Positions 53,894 to 54,597 of a DNA stretch of 54,597 nucleotides are shown piece by piece. The notes beneath the pieces were generated by a model. The model had not been told where the DNA came from. It ran no database searches and saw only the letters and a program-made list of their open reading frames with translations. Position 1 is the first letter of the stretch. Every line of letters starts with the position of its first letter. Source of the DNA: an uncultured Bacilli bacterium. GTDB lineage: Bacteria > Bacillota_I > Bacilli_A > RF39 > UBA660. A program made the position numbers and the translations under genes. The stretch covers positions 1 through 54,597 of the forward strand of contig CANRKD010000002.1 in NCBI GenBank assembly GCA_947631105.1, in the 5' to 3' direction.

Positions 53894-54597
53894 ATGGTAC
53901 TATGCGCGAGCGTACTGTTTGTAGGAAGTGTCTCAGCAAAAGAAGCTATTCCAGCTGTTCCAGAATTAGATACAGTGGCGTGGAAAGGAATCACGACAGA
54001 TACTGCTGCAACAAGTGTAAACCCAGATCAAAATATGATGTACGGAACAAATAAAAGAACAACTGTTATAACATATAATAATGTAGGATTAACATTAAAT
54101 GGAAAAGGAAAAGCAATAGTAACGACATCAATAACTGGTCCAGAAATTACATTAAAAGATACTACAGGTTTAAATGGTACTAATGTTAAAGTGAGATATA
54201 GTTTAGATGGAGAAGATCAAGGAGAAGATTCTAGTGCCACTTACAGTAAGAATAAGATTACAAAAATAACTCAAAGAGATTTAAAAACAGAAGTAACAGA
54301 AGAGGAAGCAAAAGCAGCGATAGCAAATGGAAGTGGATATATAGCAAAAACATATACAGTAGAATATTCAATATATAATAATACTGCTGAAGGATATAAA
54401 ACAGGAAAAGGAAAAAATACAGCAAGTCCAATAGCAACAGTAACAGAAGAAGTAACAGTAAAAATAAATGTAAATAATTTAAAATTAACTCAAGGTAAAA
54501 CAGAAGTATGGAATGCAGAGAAAGCAAAAGAATATGCAGCACAACTAGCAGCAGAGAAAGAAGCACAAGGAACAGTAGAAGGTACAGTAAATAGTAC
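53894..54597 (+). CDS. 3'-truncated surface/secreted protein (runs off the window)
   Basis: My own translation is open from 53864 to the window end: MVLCASVLFVGSVSAKEAIPAVPE...TVEGTVNS. The signal-peptide-like start lacks a charged n-region and an SD. Not in the ORF track because it has no stop. Confidence 0.6.
   Translation, partial: MVLCASVLFVGSVSAKEAIPAVPELDTVAWKGITTDTAATSVNPDQNMMYGTNKRTTVITYNNVGLTLNGKGKAIVTTSITGPEITLKDTTGLNGTNVKVRYSLDGEDQGEDSSATYSKNKITKITQRDLKTEVTEEEAKAAIANGSGYIAKTYTVEYSIYNNTAEGYKTGKGKNTASPIATVTEEVTVKINVNNLKLTQGKTEVWNAEKAKEYAAQLAAEKEAQGTVEGTVNS

Noticed and set aside
54258-54566. 102-aa poly-Leu minus-strand ORF.
   Set aside because: It is an artefact of the purine-rich (GAA/AAA/ACA/GCA) plus-strand coding sequence of the terminal surface-protein gene.
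1-54597. Looked for CRISPR arrays, IS elements or transposases, reverse transcriptases, toxin-antitoxin pairs, rRNA genes, and long intergenic regions that could hide ncRNAs.
   Set aside because: None seen. The only intergenic gaps over 200 nt are explained by the L20 leader, the two T-boxes, the tRNA and the rel leader.

Overview
This is a very AT-rich (about 70% A+T by eye), gene-dense chromosomal segment that uses the standard code (TGA is a stop, e.g. 5299-5301). It comes from an endospore-forming low-GC Firmicute, shown by the spoIIGA-sigE-sigG cluster and a ylmC/ymxH homologue. Most of the window is housekeeping. In order: ftsA-ftsZ, the sporulation sigma cluster, nrdD-nrdG-dut, lspA-rluD, a rhomboid protease, a compact sufC-sufBD-sufS-sufU operon, L20-leader-infC-rpmI-rplT, one tRNA-Met, a minus-strand acyl-AMP ligase / hybrid histidine kinase / Hpt-REC cluster, a short rel gene, dnaB(Bsu-type)-dnaI, a CIRCE-controlled N-domain-less clpB, two T-box leaders (Thr, Ser) driving thrS and serS, miaB, an AI-2E transporter, a short alaS-like gene, and cell-surface proteins at both ends. 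I saw no rRNA, CRISPR array, integrase or transposase. The least ordinary region is 37.6-48.1 kb, between serS and miaB. It holds a metallophosphoesterase-nucleotidyltransferase fusion followed by six genes that combine five zinc ribbons, membrane anchors, an SPFH-SHOCT protein, WG repeats and a TSP3-vWA-Cys/His exoprotein. This block is my best candidate for an undescribed system. Other items worth a second look are listed here. (1) A canonical A_AAA_AAG -1 slippery heptamer joins two overlapping ORFs at 18281-18864. (2) A single in-frame TAA splits a membrane hybrid kinase. (3) A leader-peptide/terminator arrangement sits in front of rel. (4) CIRCE overlaps the clpB promoter. (5) The Thr and Ser T-box leaders share long identical blocks and differ at the specifier. 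(6) Ribosomal protein L20 carries a Rho_N/HeH-like tail. (7) AlaRS, Rel, ClpB and ThrRS are all shortened. All domain calls come from reading motifs in the supplied translations. No database search was run.
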